A stretch of 64,000 nucleotides of DNA from positions 34,076 through 98,075 of the forward strand of contig CAYOSF010000005.1 in NCBI GenBank assembly GCA_964406605.1. The letters are read 5' to 3'. The position numbers and the translations under genes were made by a program. The notes beneath the pieces were generated by a model. That model made no database searches and was not told the DNA's origin. It saw only the letters and a program-made list of their open reading frames with translations. Source of the stretch: an uncultured Dehalococcoidia bacterium. Its GTDB lineage: Bacteria > Chloroflexota > Dehalococcoidia > DSTF01 > RBG-16-68-14. Shown in pieces: positions 28,397 to 37,614 of the stretch; position 1 is the stretch's first letter; each line of letters opens with the position of its first letter.

Positions 28397-29203
28397 ATGT
28401 CTGACTACTCTGAGCTGTTGTACGAGGTTTCGGACAACATCGCCACGATCACGTTGAACCGCCCGGACCGCATGAACGCGATCAGCATTCCCATGCTTAC
28501 GTCGTTCAGTCAGGCGTTTCGAGATGCCGACGCCGACCCGAACGTGCGCGCCATTATCCTCACCGGTGCCGGCCGTGGATTCTGCGCCGGGCTGGACCTG
28601 AAGGATGTCAGCTCGGGACAGGGAATCGGGGGCGGAGGAGACAGCGGCGGCCCCCTGGCAGGGAAGTTCGATCTTCAGAACAGCCCGCCGGTCGTGCTGC
28701 ACACCACCGACAAGCCGGTCATCTGCGCGCTCAACGGCGCCGCGGCCGGATACGGCATGGACCTCGCACTGGGCTGCGATATCCGCATCGCTTCGGCCAG
28801 TGCCAAGCTGGCCGCCGTCTTCACGAAGCGGGGCATTCTGCCGGAGAGCGGCGGGAGCTGGCTGCTGCCGAGGCTAATCGGCTGGGCGAAGGCGGCTGAG
28901 GTCGCGTTCCGGGGCCGCGTGCTCTCGGCGGAGGAGTCGCTCGAGTTGGGGCTGGTGAACGCCGTCGTCGAACCCGACCGGCTGATGGCCGTCGCTCGGG
29001 AGTGGGCGGAGGAGATAGCGGCAAATGCGCCGCTCGCAGTGCAGGCCACCAAGCGCATGATGCGGCTGGGCCTGGACGAGACGTTCGAGGCGAACGTCCA
29101 TCACGTCTTCCTCCAGCTCCTTCCCCTCTTCGGCTCAGAGGATTTCAAAGAGGGCATCTCGTCCTTCATCGAGAAGCGCCCCGCCCAGTTCAAGGGACGG
29201 TAG
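28397..29203 (+). CDS. enoyl-CoA hydratase/isomerase (crotonase) family protein
   Basis: ..ILTGAGRGFCAGLDL.. oxyanion-hole motif; GGAGGA SD 6 nt upstream of ATG (MSDYSELLYEV). Confidence 0.7.
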   Translation: MSDYSELLYEVSDNIATITLNRPDRMNAISIPMLTSFSQAFRDADADPNVRAIILTGAGRGFCAGLDLKDVSSGQGIGGGGDSGGPLAGKFDLQNSPPVVLHTTDKPVICALNGAAAGYGMDLALGCDIRIASASAKLAAVFTKRGILPESGGSWLLPRLIGWAKAAEVAFRGRVLSAEESLELGLVNAVVEPDRLMAVAREWAEEIAANAPLAVQATKRMMRLGLDETFEANVHHVFLQLLPLFGSEDFKEGISSFIEKRPAQFKGR

Positions 29204-29229
29204 AAGCCACCAACCTCTGGCCGCCCGCG

Positions 29230-30633
29230 CTAGCCGGGGGCGTCTGTAGCTTTGCCCGCGGCTCCGCCCGGTCCTGTCGCTTGCTCCCGATACCAGCGCT
29301 CTTGGTCCTTGGACAGGCCCGTGGGTGCGGGTCCTCCCAGGATAGGGGGCTGGCGGGAGTTGAGGCCGTGCAGCCTGGCCTGAGCGACGGTCCACAGCGT
29401 TTGGAGAGGGCTGAGGGGCACCATGTCCATCGGCTTGATCTTCATCAGAGCGGCCAGCCCCGCGGTGATGCCGCGCAGGTCGTTGCGGGCGTCCACCTCG
29501 ATGATCCGGCGGTCGGCGTAGCGCCGTCGCAGGTCCGCGCCACGATCGTTGATCGCGCACGCCCCGACCACGAGGAGGTCGCCCGGTAGGTTTTCCAGAT
29601 CGCTGTCCTCGAAACCCCGCCCGAAGATGACGGTGAAGCCTCCCTGGCCTGGATAGTCGTTGCTGAGGATCTCCAGAGTGCATTCGGTGTTGCCTTTACA
29701 TCCCTCAACGCAGGCGCGCTCTCGACCCTGGACGATGCGCACGTCGGGATGGAAACGGCGCAGCAGGGCATAGGGATAGCGCGTTTGGAATCGGTCCAGG
29801 TCACCCACGACGTCGATGTGGTCGAGCCGTCCCTCACCCAGGCCCCATTCCGCCGCGAGACGCAGGTGCTCGACCTCCTCGATCGAGTAGCCCATCATTC
29901 TGGCGCCGACCGTATCCACGGCCACCGTGTCGTCGCCGCCGATGAGCACGTTGAGCCGCGCGCTGCTTTCCTCCAGCAGGGCCTTGGGTGGCACGTGGCC
30001 GTTAAAGATCGCGGTCACGCCGTCGATGACGCAGAAATCGGGCCGGACCATCCGATAGAGCCTGGCGAGACGTGGGTGCAGGGTCTCATGGTTGTGGAAG
30101 TGCATGCGGTCTTCGTCGATCGGGAACGCCTGCTGGTTCTTCACGCCCAGCGTCATCGTCGTCATCGAGTGGGTCTTCAGCTTGGGCAGGCTCAGGTAGA
30201 AGTTGCCCGGTGGGCGCGAGGGGTCGATGAACGTGTCGTGCAGCCGCCGGGGGACCCGGATCGGCAGCTCTTCTCCATCGAGCGTGTAGGGTACCGTGCC
30301 TCCCTCGTCCAGGTAGACTGTCTCCGCACCGTGTCTGTGGGCTATCCTCGCGTAGCCGTTCACCGTGAAGATCAGGCGTGTGGAAATCCCGTGCGTCGAG
30401 TTCTCCATCAAGGCCAGATTGTGATAGCCGTGCTCCTTCAGGTATCCCAGCATCGCATCTACGACGGCGGGATCAGTGTGCATGCCGGGGGAGAAGTGGA
30501 TGCCGTTGGGCTTGACGTAGACTTTACTGCCCGCGGGAATGACCTCTTGGACACCGCCGTACGGGGCGAAGATCGCGTCCAGGGCCGCGGGCAGGCCGTT
30601 CGTCGTCTCCGCGATCGTTACTGTAGGTGACAT
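29230..30633 (-). CDS. DUF362 domain-containing protein (putative Fe-S binding)
   Basis: Pattern typical of DUF362 (..VYVKPNG.., ..DGVTAIFNGH..); start MSPTVTIAE chosen so as not to overlap downstream gene. Confidence 0.5.
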   Translation of the reverse strand: MSPTVTIAETTNGLPAALDAIFAPYGGVQEVIPAGSKVYVKPNGIHFSPGMHTDPAVVDAMLGYLKEHGYHNLALMENSTHGISTRLIFTVNGYARIAHRHGAETVYLDEGGTVPYTLDGEELPIRVPRRLHDTFIDPSRPPGNFYLSLPKLKTHSMTTMTLGVKNQQAFPIDEDRMHFHNHETLHPRLARLYRMVRPDFCVIDGVTAIFNGHVPPKALLEESSARLNVLIGGDDTVAVDTVGARMMGYSIEEVEHLRLAAEWGLGEGRLDHIDVVGDLDRFQTRYPYALLRRFHPDVRIVQGRERACVEGCKGNTECTLEILSNDYPGQGGFTVIFGRGFEDSDLENLPGDLLVVGACAINDRGADLRRRYADRRIIEVDARNDLRGITAGLAALMKIKPMDMVPLSPLQTLWTVAQARLHGLNSRQPPILGGPAPTGLSKDQERWYREQATGPGGAAGKATDAPG

Positions 30634-30752
30634 CGCATGCTGGTGCCGGGTTCGTCTCCCCGCCAGTCTAGCGGAGCAAGGCGAACGCAGGAAGGAACTT
30701 CGCGCCCGCCCCGCGCCGACCGCCATCGGCGTGCCGCTGCGCGCTGGCGCCT

Positions 30753-33110
30753 CTACAACGCGGCTTCCCGTCGCCCGCGCGTCCAGGCCCAGCCGGCCGC
30801 GGTGAGAGCGACCGCGACGGCAGCCGCTCCGCCGACTACGGGAATCCAAGGTACGCTGTGCCCGCCGTCTTCGGGCTGGTGAGCCAGCACCGACGAGTTC
30901 ACCGGATCGTCCGGCAGGACGGGGTCTGGCACATCGATGGCCGGGAAGTCGCCCGAGGTGATCTCGAACGCGCGGCCGTCGGAGACGAAGATCACTTCCT
31001 CGCCCAGGGAGAAGTAGCCGCCCCAGTCAGGCCTTTGGCGCAGCGCATCGAAGTAGGCGTCGCTGCCGAAGCCGATCTTGGCCGTAGGCCCGCCCTCGTA
31101 CGCCGTGTCCATCCACACGCCGTCATCCGAAAGGAACGTTCTGCCTCCGATCGTGCGCATGGCGGCAGCTTGCTCATCCGCCGCATCGTAGGCCGAATCC
31201 GCGCCGGAGAGGCTGCCTACTTTGAGCGCGGTATCGAACGCCTCCGAGCCGGTGACGGGCGCACCCGCCTCCATGTCGAGCTGGGGGGCGGCGTACCGCT
31301 CGAAGCTTCTTGCGGCTTCCTCCGTCGTCAGGCCGGGCTCATCGACCAGGAACGACGTGTAGGGCGTGATGATGCCGAATCGCTTGCTCAGCGCTACGAT
31401 CTCATCGACGACCTCATCCGACATCCCGTCGAACCGGATGGAATTGAGCAGGAACCCGATCTTGCGCGTCGCCCACAGGCGCGGCACGTAGCCCGCGCCC
31501 AACGCAGATGTCGGGAACGACTGGCCGTCGTAGACGTACTCTTTGACTTTGCCATCGATGGTGCCGCTCAGGGTGATATCCACCGTGCCGGAACCTTCGT
31601 AGCGGCCGGCCACGATGAGCTGCTGGCCAGCGAACAGGTCCGGCAGCGGGTTTGGGTAGATGTCGAAGGTCGTCACACCGCCGAAGTCGAGGGTGACGTT
31701 GCTCAGGACAGGATCGCTCACGCGCTCGTAGAAGCCGGACACGACGGTGGACGCGTCCTCGTCGGGGCGGACGTACTCGCTCAGGCCGTGCTGCCCCTGT
31801 GCCAGCTCGTCGAGGAGTACGGCTTTGACGTCATATCCCACGCCGAAGGTGAACAGCCGCACGCCGCGCGGCGCGGCGGAACCGACGGCGTCCACGATGG
31901 CGGCCGGATCGGTGATGCCGACCGTCGGCAGGCCGTCGGTGAGAAAGATGACCAGCGATGGGCGGTCCCCGCTGGAGAGCTGACCGAGTGCTGAGACCAA
32001 CGCATCGTGGACGTTGGTGCTGCCGCCCGCTTGCAGGCTATCGATGAAGCCGAGCGCGTCGGTGCGCGCGGCGGAAGCGGGTAGCAAGCCGTCGTGGGCG
32101 ACCCGCACGCTGGAGTCGAAGGCGACGATCGAGAAACGGTCGTCCCCGTTGAGCCGCTCGATGACGTAGCGGGCCGCCTCCTTCGCCTGCTCCAGCTTCT
32201 CGCCCTCCATGCTGCCCGACGTATCCAGGACGAGGACGACGTCCTTGTCCGCGACGTCCCTAGCGTCGACCTCCAGCTTGGGAGAGACCAGGAGCAAGAA
32301 GTAGCCGGCCTCGTCGCCGGTCCGATGAGTGGCCAGGCTCAGCCCAATGTCGTCGTCCGAGGTCGAGTAGAGCAGCTCAAAGTCGGAACGGGGCGTCACG
32401 TCGCTCATCTCCAGGCTGACAATAGCCTTGTGGTCGCCATCCCGCGTGGACGCCACGTCGTGGCTCGGTGAGTAGACGGTTCGGATGGGCTGCGTCGATT
32501 CGATGTCGACCGTGATCGCCACGTCCGGAATCGGCTGCGGTGAAAACTCCTCCGTGCTCAGCGGATAGAGGAACCGCACCAAGCCGTTCTCGCGCTCCAG
32601 CACCTGGGTGTAGCTGATCTGGACGCGGCGCTCATCGTGAGGTGGGATGGGAAAGACGCTCGCCTGGAAGACGCCGCGGTCCACGTACTCCAGGAGAGCC
32701 GGGTCGCGCTGCTGCCGGACTATCTCCTCGTAGATCTCGCGGGCCTCATCGCGGCCCAGCAGGCGGCCCTCAAGCTGCTCGCCGTCCACGAACATGGTGA
32801 AGTCGGAGACGGCCGCATCCGCCGGGAGGGGGAAGACGTAGGTCGCCTCCAGCAGCGTGTCCCCCGGGTTCTCGAATGCCTGGTCGACGCGGACCTCCGC
32901 CACCTGGTCCCGGATTTCGACCTCGACTCGGTGGTACTTGATGGGAAGGAAGGGCGCGTAGCAGCCGTACACCGTAGGATCGACATCCTCCGGCATGGGG
33001 CACGGTTCGCTGGGGATGACGATGCCGTCGGCGCCGACCTGCGCGGTCGTGGCAGACAGGATGCCGGCCAGCAGTGCGGCAAGAGCGATCAGTCGTAGCG
33101 TGCTGAGCAT
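30753..33110 (-). CDS. VIT + von Willebrand factor type A domain protein, signal peptide and C-terminal TM anchor
   Basis: N-terminal hydrophobic leader, VIT-like region, MIDAS motif LVLDTSGSMEG, C-terminal WIPVVGGAAAVAVALTAAGWAW; GGAGG SD. Confidence 0.65.
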   Translation of the reverse strand: MLSTLRLIALAALLAGILSATTAQVGADGIVIPSEPCPMPEDVDPTVYGCYAPFLPIKYHRVEVEIRDQVAEVRVDQAFENPGDTLLEATYVFPLPADAAVSDFTMFVDGEQLEGRLLGRDEAREIYEEIVRQQRDPALLEYVDRGVFQASVFPIPPHDERRVQISYTQVLERENGLVRFLYPLSTEEFSPQPIPDVAITVDIESTQPIRTVYSPSHDVASTRDGDHKAIVSLEMSDVTPRSDFELLYSTSDDDIGLSLATHRTGDEAGYFLLLVSPKLEVDARDVADKDVVLVLDTSGSMEGEKLEQAKEAARYVIERLNGDDRFSIVAFDSSVRVAHDGLLPASAARTDALGFIDSLQAGGSTNVHDALVSALGQLSSGDRPSLVIFLTDGLPTVGITDPAAIVDAVGSAAPRGVRLFTFGVGYDVKAVLLDELAQGQHGLSEYVRPDEDASTVVSGFYERVSDPVLSNVTLDFGGVTTFDIYPNPLPDLFAGQQLIVAGRYEGSGTVDITLSGTIDGKVKEYVYDGQSFPTSALGAGYVPRLWATRKIGFLLNSIRFDGMSDEVVDEIVALSKRFGIITPYTSFLVDEPGLTTEEAARSFERYAAPQLDMEAGAPVTGSEAFDTALKVGSLSGADSAYDAADEQAAAMRTIGGRTFLSDDGVWMDTAYEGGPTAKIGFGSDAYFDALRQRPDWGGYFSLGEEVIFVSDGRAFEITSGDFPAIDVPDPVLPDDPVNSSVLAHQPEDGGHSVPWIPVVGGAAAVAVALTAAGWAWTRGRREAAL

Positions 33111-33215
33111 GATCCAGCCTCCATCTGCGTCGTTAGCTTCTTGACGTTGGAGGGACCCTGGAAGTTCCGCGTCCGCGTGCGGAGATAGTGGAAGGACGCC
33201 GGCCGGCAGGTGGCG

Positions 33216-34115
33216 TCAGGCGAGGAAACGGGGGCGGGGAGCGACGAGCGGTCCGTCGGAGATACGAACAGCCGCGGCGACGCCGTACCTGCTCTCTGTG
33301 AACTCCCAGCTCATGAAACGGCTGTCTTGCCGAATGATCTTGTGCCACACGCGCCCGAGCCGGGGGAAGCTGCAGATGTCGTCCAGCACCACGATGCCGC
33401 CCACCTTGAGTCGCGGGAGCGTATTGGCGAGGTCCGTCGCGGCGCCGAGGACCGAGTGATCGCCGTCCACGTTGATGAGGTCGAAGTAGAGGCCGGGGTG
33501 CGCGCGAAGGAAGGAAGGGACGGTCCTGCGGCTGTCGCCCGAGACAAGCTCCACGCTGCCACGATGCCCGGCGGCGCGCAGTTCGCCGCGGACGAACTCC
33601 GGGCCCGGGTTCGGGGCGTCGGCGTAGTCGGGCAGCCAGAGATCGAAGCCGTAGAGGGCGCACCCGGGACACGTCGCGCCCACGATGGCGGCGCTGCGCC
33701 CCCGGCGCACGCCGATCTCAAGGTAGGCGGCCGGCTGGATGAGGGTTGACGCGGCCCGCAGAACAGTGAGGATGTCGGCATGACGCCAGTGCCGGCCGAA
33801 CTTCGCCAATCCCCACTCGTAGTACAGGCGGCTCGCCTCATGCTCTTTGCTGGGAGTCAGCCGTTCCAGGACCTCCCTGGTGAAGGCGATCGAGTCTTCG
33901 GACATGGCCGCCGCGGCGAGCGTCTGGGCGTTCGGCGGGAAATGCAGGTCGAGAGGGCCGGTGCCGCCGACCTTCGGCGTCCCCGTCGTGTAGCGGGGGC
34001 GAGGGAAGGGCCGGACTCGCTGCCACTCCGAGAGGAGGCGATGAGCGAGCCGGCGCGGTCCCGGCAGGCCTCCCGTCCACGGTTTCCTCACCTGACTCGC
34101 TCCCTGACCCTCCAA
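33216..34115 (-). CDS. class I SAM-dependent O-methyltransferase (TylF/MycF/CmcI-like)
   Basis: ..YLEIGVRRGRSA.. and ..LINVDGDH..VVLDD.. motifs; true start may be internal Met at about 33905 (MSEDSIAF). Confidence 0.5.
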   Translation of the reverse strand: MEGQGASQVRKPWTGGLPGPRRLAHRLLSEWQRVRPFPRPRYTTGTPKVGGTGPLDLHFPPNAQTLAAAAMSEDSIAFTREVLERLTPSKEHEASRLYYEWGLAKFGRHWRHADILTVLRAASTLIQPAAYLEIGVRRGRSAAIVGATCPGCALYGFDLWLPDYADAPNPGPEFVRGELRAAGHRGSVELVSGDSRRTVPSFLRAHPGLYFDLINVDGDHSVLGAATDLANTLPRLKVGGIVVLDDICSFPRLGRVWHKIIRQDSRFMSWEFTESRYGVAAAVRISDGPLVAPRPRFLA

Positions 34116-34196
34116 ACGCTCTCCCTCTTGCGCCTGGTAGTATACACGCGGTAGCGTCGCGGGGAGACTGCAGGCAGGTGCGAGAGGCGAGCCAGC

Positions 34197-35189
34197 ATGC
34201 GACGAATGCTCCTACAGGAGACGGGCCCCGTCGATGACAGGCGCCTGATTGCGGACGAGCGCGACCTGCCTGCGCCCGCAGAGGGCGAGGTGGCGCTGCG
34301 CGTTCTCGCCTGCGGCGTCTGTCACACCGACCTCCATATTGTCGAGGGCGAGGTAGTAACGCCGCTTCCCCGGGTGCCGGGCCATCAGGTGGTGGGGACG
34401 GTTGAGTCTGTGGGAGGGAACGTACAAGGCGTATCGGTCGGCGACCGGGTCGGGGTGGGCTGGCTCGCATCGACCTGCGGCGCGTGCGAGCAGTGCGCGA
34501 GCGGCCGGGAGAACCTGTGCGAAGGAGCGCGCTTCACGGGCCGCGACGTGGACGGCGGCTACGCCGAGCGGATGGTCGCGGATGCTCGCTTCGTCTATCC
34601 GCTGCCACCGGCGTTCTCGGATATCGAGGCGGCGCCGCTTCTGTGCGCCGGGATCATCGGGTATCGGGCGTTGAAGCTGAGCGAACTCAAGCCGGGGCAG
34701 CGCCTCGGGCTCTTCGGGTTCGGAGCGTCGGCGCACCTGGCGCTTCAGGTAGCACGGTCCTGGGACTGCGAAATCTACGTGTTCACGCGGAGCGAGGCGC
34801 ACCGCAAGCTGGCGCGGGATCTAGGGGCGGCATGGACGGGAGGAGCGGAGGATGACCCGGGCGTCGGGCTCGACTCCGCGGTGAGCTTCGCGCCTGCGGG
34901 ATGGATTGTGCCGGCCGCGTTGGAGCGGCTGGCGCGCGGAGGGACCCTGGCGGTGAACGCCGTACACGCCAGCGACATCCCATCGTTCGCGTACGAGCGG
35001 CTGTACTGGGAGCGGACGGTGCGCAGCGTCGCCAACTTCACGAGGGACGACGCGACGGAGTTCCTGTCGCTGGCCGCCGACATCCCGTTGGAGGTCGAAG
35101 TGGAGGTGCACGGGCTGGGCGATGCGAACGATGCGCTGGTGCGCCTGAAGCGTGGGGACGTGCAGGGCGCCGCGGTGCTGGTGCCGTGA
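34197..35189 (+). CDS. zinc-dependent alcohol dehydrogenase (MDR superfamily)
   Basis: GVCHTDLH, GHQVVG, CGACEQC structural zinc site, GFGASAH cofactor motif. Confidence 0.7.
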   Translation: MRRMLLQETGPVDDRRLIADERDLPAPAEGEVALRVLACGVCHTDLHIVEGEVVTPLPRVPGHQVVGTVESVGGNVQGVSVGDRVGVGWLASTCGACEQCASGRENLCEGARFTGRDVDGGYAERMVADARFVYPLPPAFSDIEAAPLLCAGIIGYRALKLSELKPGQRLGLFGFGASAHLALQVARSWDCEIYVFTRSEAHRKLARDLGAAWTGGAEDDPGVGLDSAVSFAPAGWIVPAALERLARGGTLAVNAVHASDIPSFAYERLYWERTVRSVANFTRDDATEFLSLAADIPLEVEVEVHGLGDANDALVRLKRGDVQGAAVLVP

Positions 35190-35210
35190 GCGCAAGGTCA
35201 GGCTGACGGC

Positions 35211-36386
35211 ATGACTACTCTTCTGATCCGCGAGGGCGAGGTCCTGACACCGTTCGAGGTGATCGAGGGAGGGGCCGTTCTCGCGACGAAAGGCCGAATA
35301 GAACGCGTGGGGCCGGCGGCCGAGGTCGCGGGCGAGCCGGCCGACGTGGAGGTGGACGCCGGCGGACGCATCATCTGCCCCGGCTTCATCGACCTGCAGG
35401 TCAACGGCGGCGGCGGAGCGATGCTCACCGAGCAGCCCGACCCTGATGCGGTCCAATGCATGGCTCGGGCGCACGTCCGGTTCGGGACGACATCGATGCT
35501 GCCGACCGTTGTCACGGCCGACGAGGAGAGGATGGCCGGCGCGCTGGAGGCAGTCAAGGCGAGCACGGCGGTTCCGCCGACGGGAGCGCGGGTCTTGGGG
35601 GCGCACCTGGAGGGCCCGTTCATCAACCCGAAGCGGAAGGGCGCCCACGCCGAGCGGTTCATCCGGGAGCCACGCACGGATCTCTTCGAGCGGCTCCTCG
35701 ACGCGGCGGGTGGCTCCTTGCGGCTCATCACGCTGGCGCCCGAATTGCCGGGAGCGCTGGAACTGATCGGAACAGCGCGGGCGGCGGACGTTGTCGTGGC
35801 CGTCGGCCACACGGAGGCGACGTTCGAGGAGACGGAGCGGGCTATCGAGGCCGGCGCATCGGTGGGCACGCACCTCTTCAACGCGATGCGGAGTATCCAC
35901 CAGCGAGAGCCGGGGGCCATCGGCGCGCTGCTGCAGAGCGAGCGGGCGGTCGTCAGCATAATCGCGGACGGCGTCCACGTCCACCCGGCGATGCTCTCGC
36001 TTGCCTTCCGCTCGAAGGGGGCGGAAGGGATGGCGCTCGTTACGGACGCGATGTCGCCGGTGGGAACGGATGCCCTCTCGTTCCGTTTCCGGGGCACGGA
36101 GATCAGCGTTCGACAGGGCGCCTGCTACGGGGAGGACGGCACCCTGTCCGGCAGCGTCCTCTCGATGAGCCGGGCGGTGCATCTCATGGAAACGCACACC
36201 GGCGCGGACTTGCGCGAGTGCGTGGAAATGGCCACGGCGACGCCCGCCCGCGTCCTCGGCCTGGACGCCGAAATCGGCAAGCTTGGAGCCGGCTCGCGAG
36301 CGGACATCGTGGTCTGCGACCCCGACATGACCGTGTGGAAGGCGTTCGTCGGCGGCGAGCTTGCCTACGATTCAGGCGCTAGCTAG
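35211..36386 (+). CDS. nagA: N-acetylglucosamine-6-phosphate deacetylase
   Basis: ..GFIDLQVNGGGG.. and ..HLEGPFI.. ..GHTEAT.. motifs. Confidence 0.75.
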   Translation: MTTLLIREGEVLTPFEVIEGGAVLATKGRIERVGPAAEVAGEPADVEVDAGGRIICPGFIDLQVNGGGGAMLTEQPDPDAVQCMARAHVRFGTTSMLPTVVTADEERMAGALEAVKASTAVPPTGARVLGAHLEGPFINPKRKGAHAERFIREPRTDLFERLLDAAGGSLRLITLAPELPGALELIGTARAADVVVAVGHTEATFEETERAIEAGASVGTHLFNAMRSIHQREPGAIGALLQSERAVVSIIADGVHVHPAMLSLAFRSKGAEGMALVTDAMSPVGTDALSFRFRGTEISVRQGACYGEDGTLSGSVLSMSRAVHLMETHTGADLRECVEMATATPARVLGLDAEIGKLGAGSRADIVVCDPDMTVWKAFVGGELAYDSGAS

Positions 36387-37114
36387 CCGGCCATCCGGCG
36401 GAGTTCCGATGCCGCGTCTCGGTCGAGGAGGACGGCGAGCGCCGGATGCCGTTGGAGCGCCGAGGCGGGTAGCGCCTCGGTCACCGGCTCCTCCAGCGCC
36501 CGGGCCACGGCCGTCGCCTTCTTCACGCCCTTGGCCAGCAGCAGCGCGCCGCGCGCGGCCAGCAGGTCGGCTATGCCCAAGGTGAGGCCGAAAGCGGGTG
36601 TCTCGGCCAGGGACCCGAAGACGGGGGCGTATGCCTCGCGACTCGTGTCGGTGAGCGCTACTCTGCGGGCCGTTGAATCGAGCGGCGATCCCGGCTCGTT
36701 GAAGCCGATGTGGCCGTTCCGGCCGATGCCCAGCACGACGAGGTCGAGCCCGCCCGCCTCCTCTATGAGACTGCGAAAGCGCTCGCATTCGGCCTCCGGC
36801 TGCTCGGCATCGCTGCCGAGGAGGTGGAACGCGCCCAGGGTCACTCGGCTCGTGAGCTGCTCGCGGAAGTAGCGGGCGTTGGTGCCGGGATGTTCCGGCG
36901 AGACGCCGTGAAACTCGTCGATGGCGAAGACGGTGACGCGGCTGAGATCGGCGTTCCCCTCAGCCACGCGGCGGGCCAGCTCGTCGTAGAGACCGAGTGG
37001 TGTGTTGCCGGACGGCAGGCCGAGGACGGCGGCGGGCCGCTCCCGGACGGCCGCGCAGACGACGTCGGCGGCCCGGCCGGCGAACTCCTCCGGAGCGACG
37101 ATGGTGACGTCCAT
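36383..37114 (-). CDS. nagB: glucosamine-6-phosphate deaminase
   Basis: ..VLGLPSGNTP.. and ..VLGIGRNGHIGFNEPG.. motifs; 3' end overlaps nagA 3' end by 4 nt on a GCTAGCTAGC palindrome. Confidence 0.75.
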   Translation of the reverse strand: MDVTIVAPEEFAGRAADVVCAAVRERPAAVLGLPSGNTPLGLYDELARRVAEGNADLSRVTVFAIDEFHGVSPEHPGTNARYFREQLTSRVTLGAFHLLGSDAEQPEAECERFRSLIEEAGGLDLVVLGIGRNGHIGFNEPGSPLDSTARRVALTDTSREAYAPVFGSLAETPAFGLTLGIADLLAARGALLLAKGVKKATAVARALEEPVTEALPASALQRHPALAVLLDRDAASELRRMAG

Positions 37115-37394
37115 GGCTGTCGAGTCGTTGGCTCCTCATCTGCATCATAGGGCTTGCGGCCGCTGACGCCAGGGTTGGCGGCTGTCCAACGGGAAGCAGC
37201 CTTAAGTGAACCTGGGTGGTCAGGGTTCAGGAAGCCGCTCGACAAACGCGGGCGGCAGCTAGGATAATTGGGCCAAGAGAGGGCCGCCCGGCGTACAGCG
37301 CCGTCGTGCGGCAAGCAGCAGGTCGAGCAGAGACTCGCGACGGAGGCGGACTGCATCGGCGGGTCGCCTCACCTGCGACATGGGAGGGGGTGTC

Positions 37395-37571
37395 GTGGCA
37401 GATCTGACGACCAAGCAGGTGGCCGAGATCCTGCAGTGTGACGCGGAGCAGGTGCGTCGATACATCCGCGTAGGATACCTGCGCGCGCAGCGGCAAGCGA
37501 ACGGCCGCTACACCGTTTCCGAGGAGGAACTCCGCAGGTTCCAGAACGACGTGGCGGGGAGGTTCTTCTAG
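37395..37571 (+). CDS. excisionase-family/MerR-like helix-turn-helix DNA-binding protein
   Basis: ..LTTKQVAEILQCDAEQVRRYIRVGYL.. HTH; GGGAGGGGG SD before GTG; about 58 aa. Confidence 0.45.
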   Translation: MADLTTKQVAEILQCDAEQVRRYIRVGYLRAQRQANGRYTVSEEELRRFQNDVAGRFF

Positions 37572-37614
37572 AAGAGGTCCGCGCTGCCGGGGGCGTCGGG
37601 CGAGATGGTGTCTC

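Noticed and set aside
34821-36197. 458-aa minus-strand ORF antisense to nagA/ADH
   Set aside because: Shadow ORF; nagA and ADH on plus strand have strong signatures.
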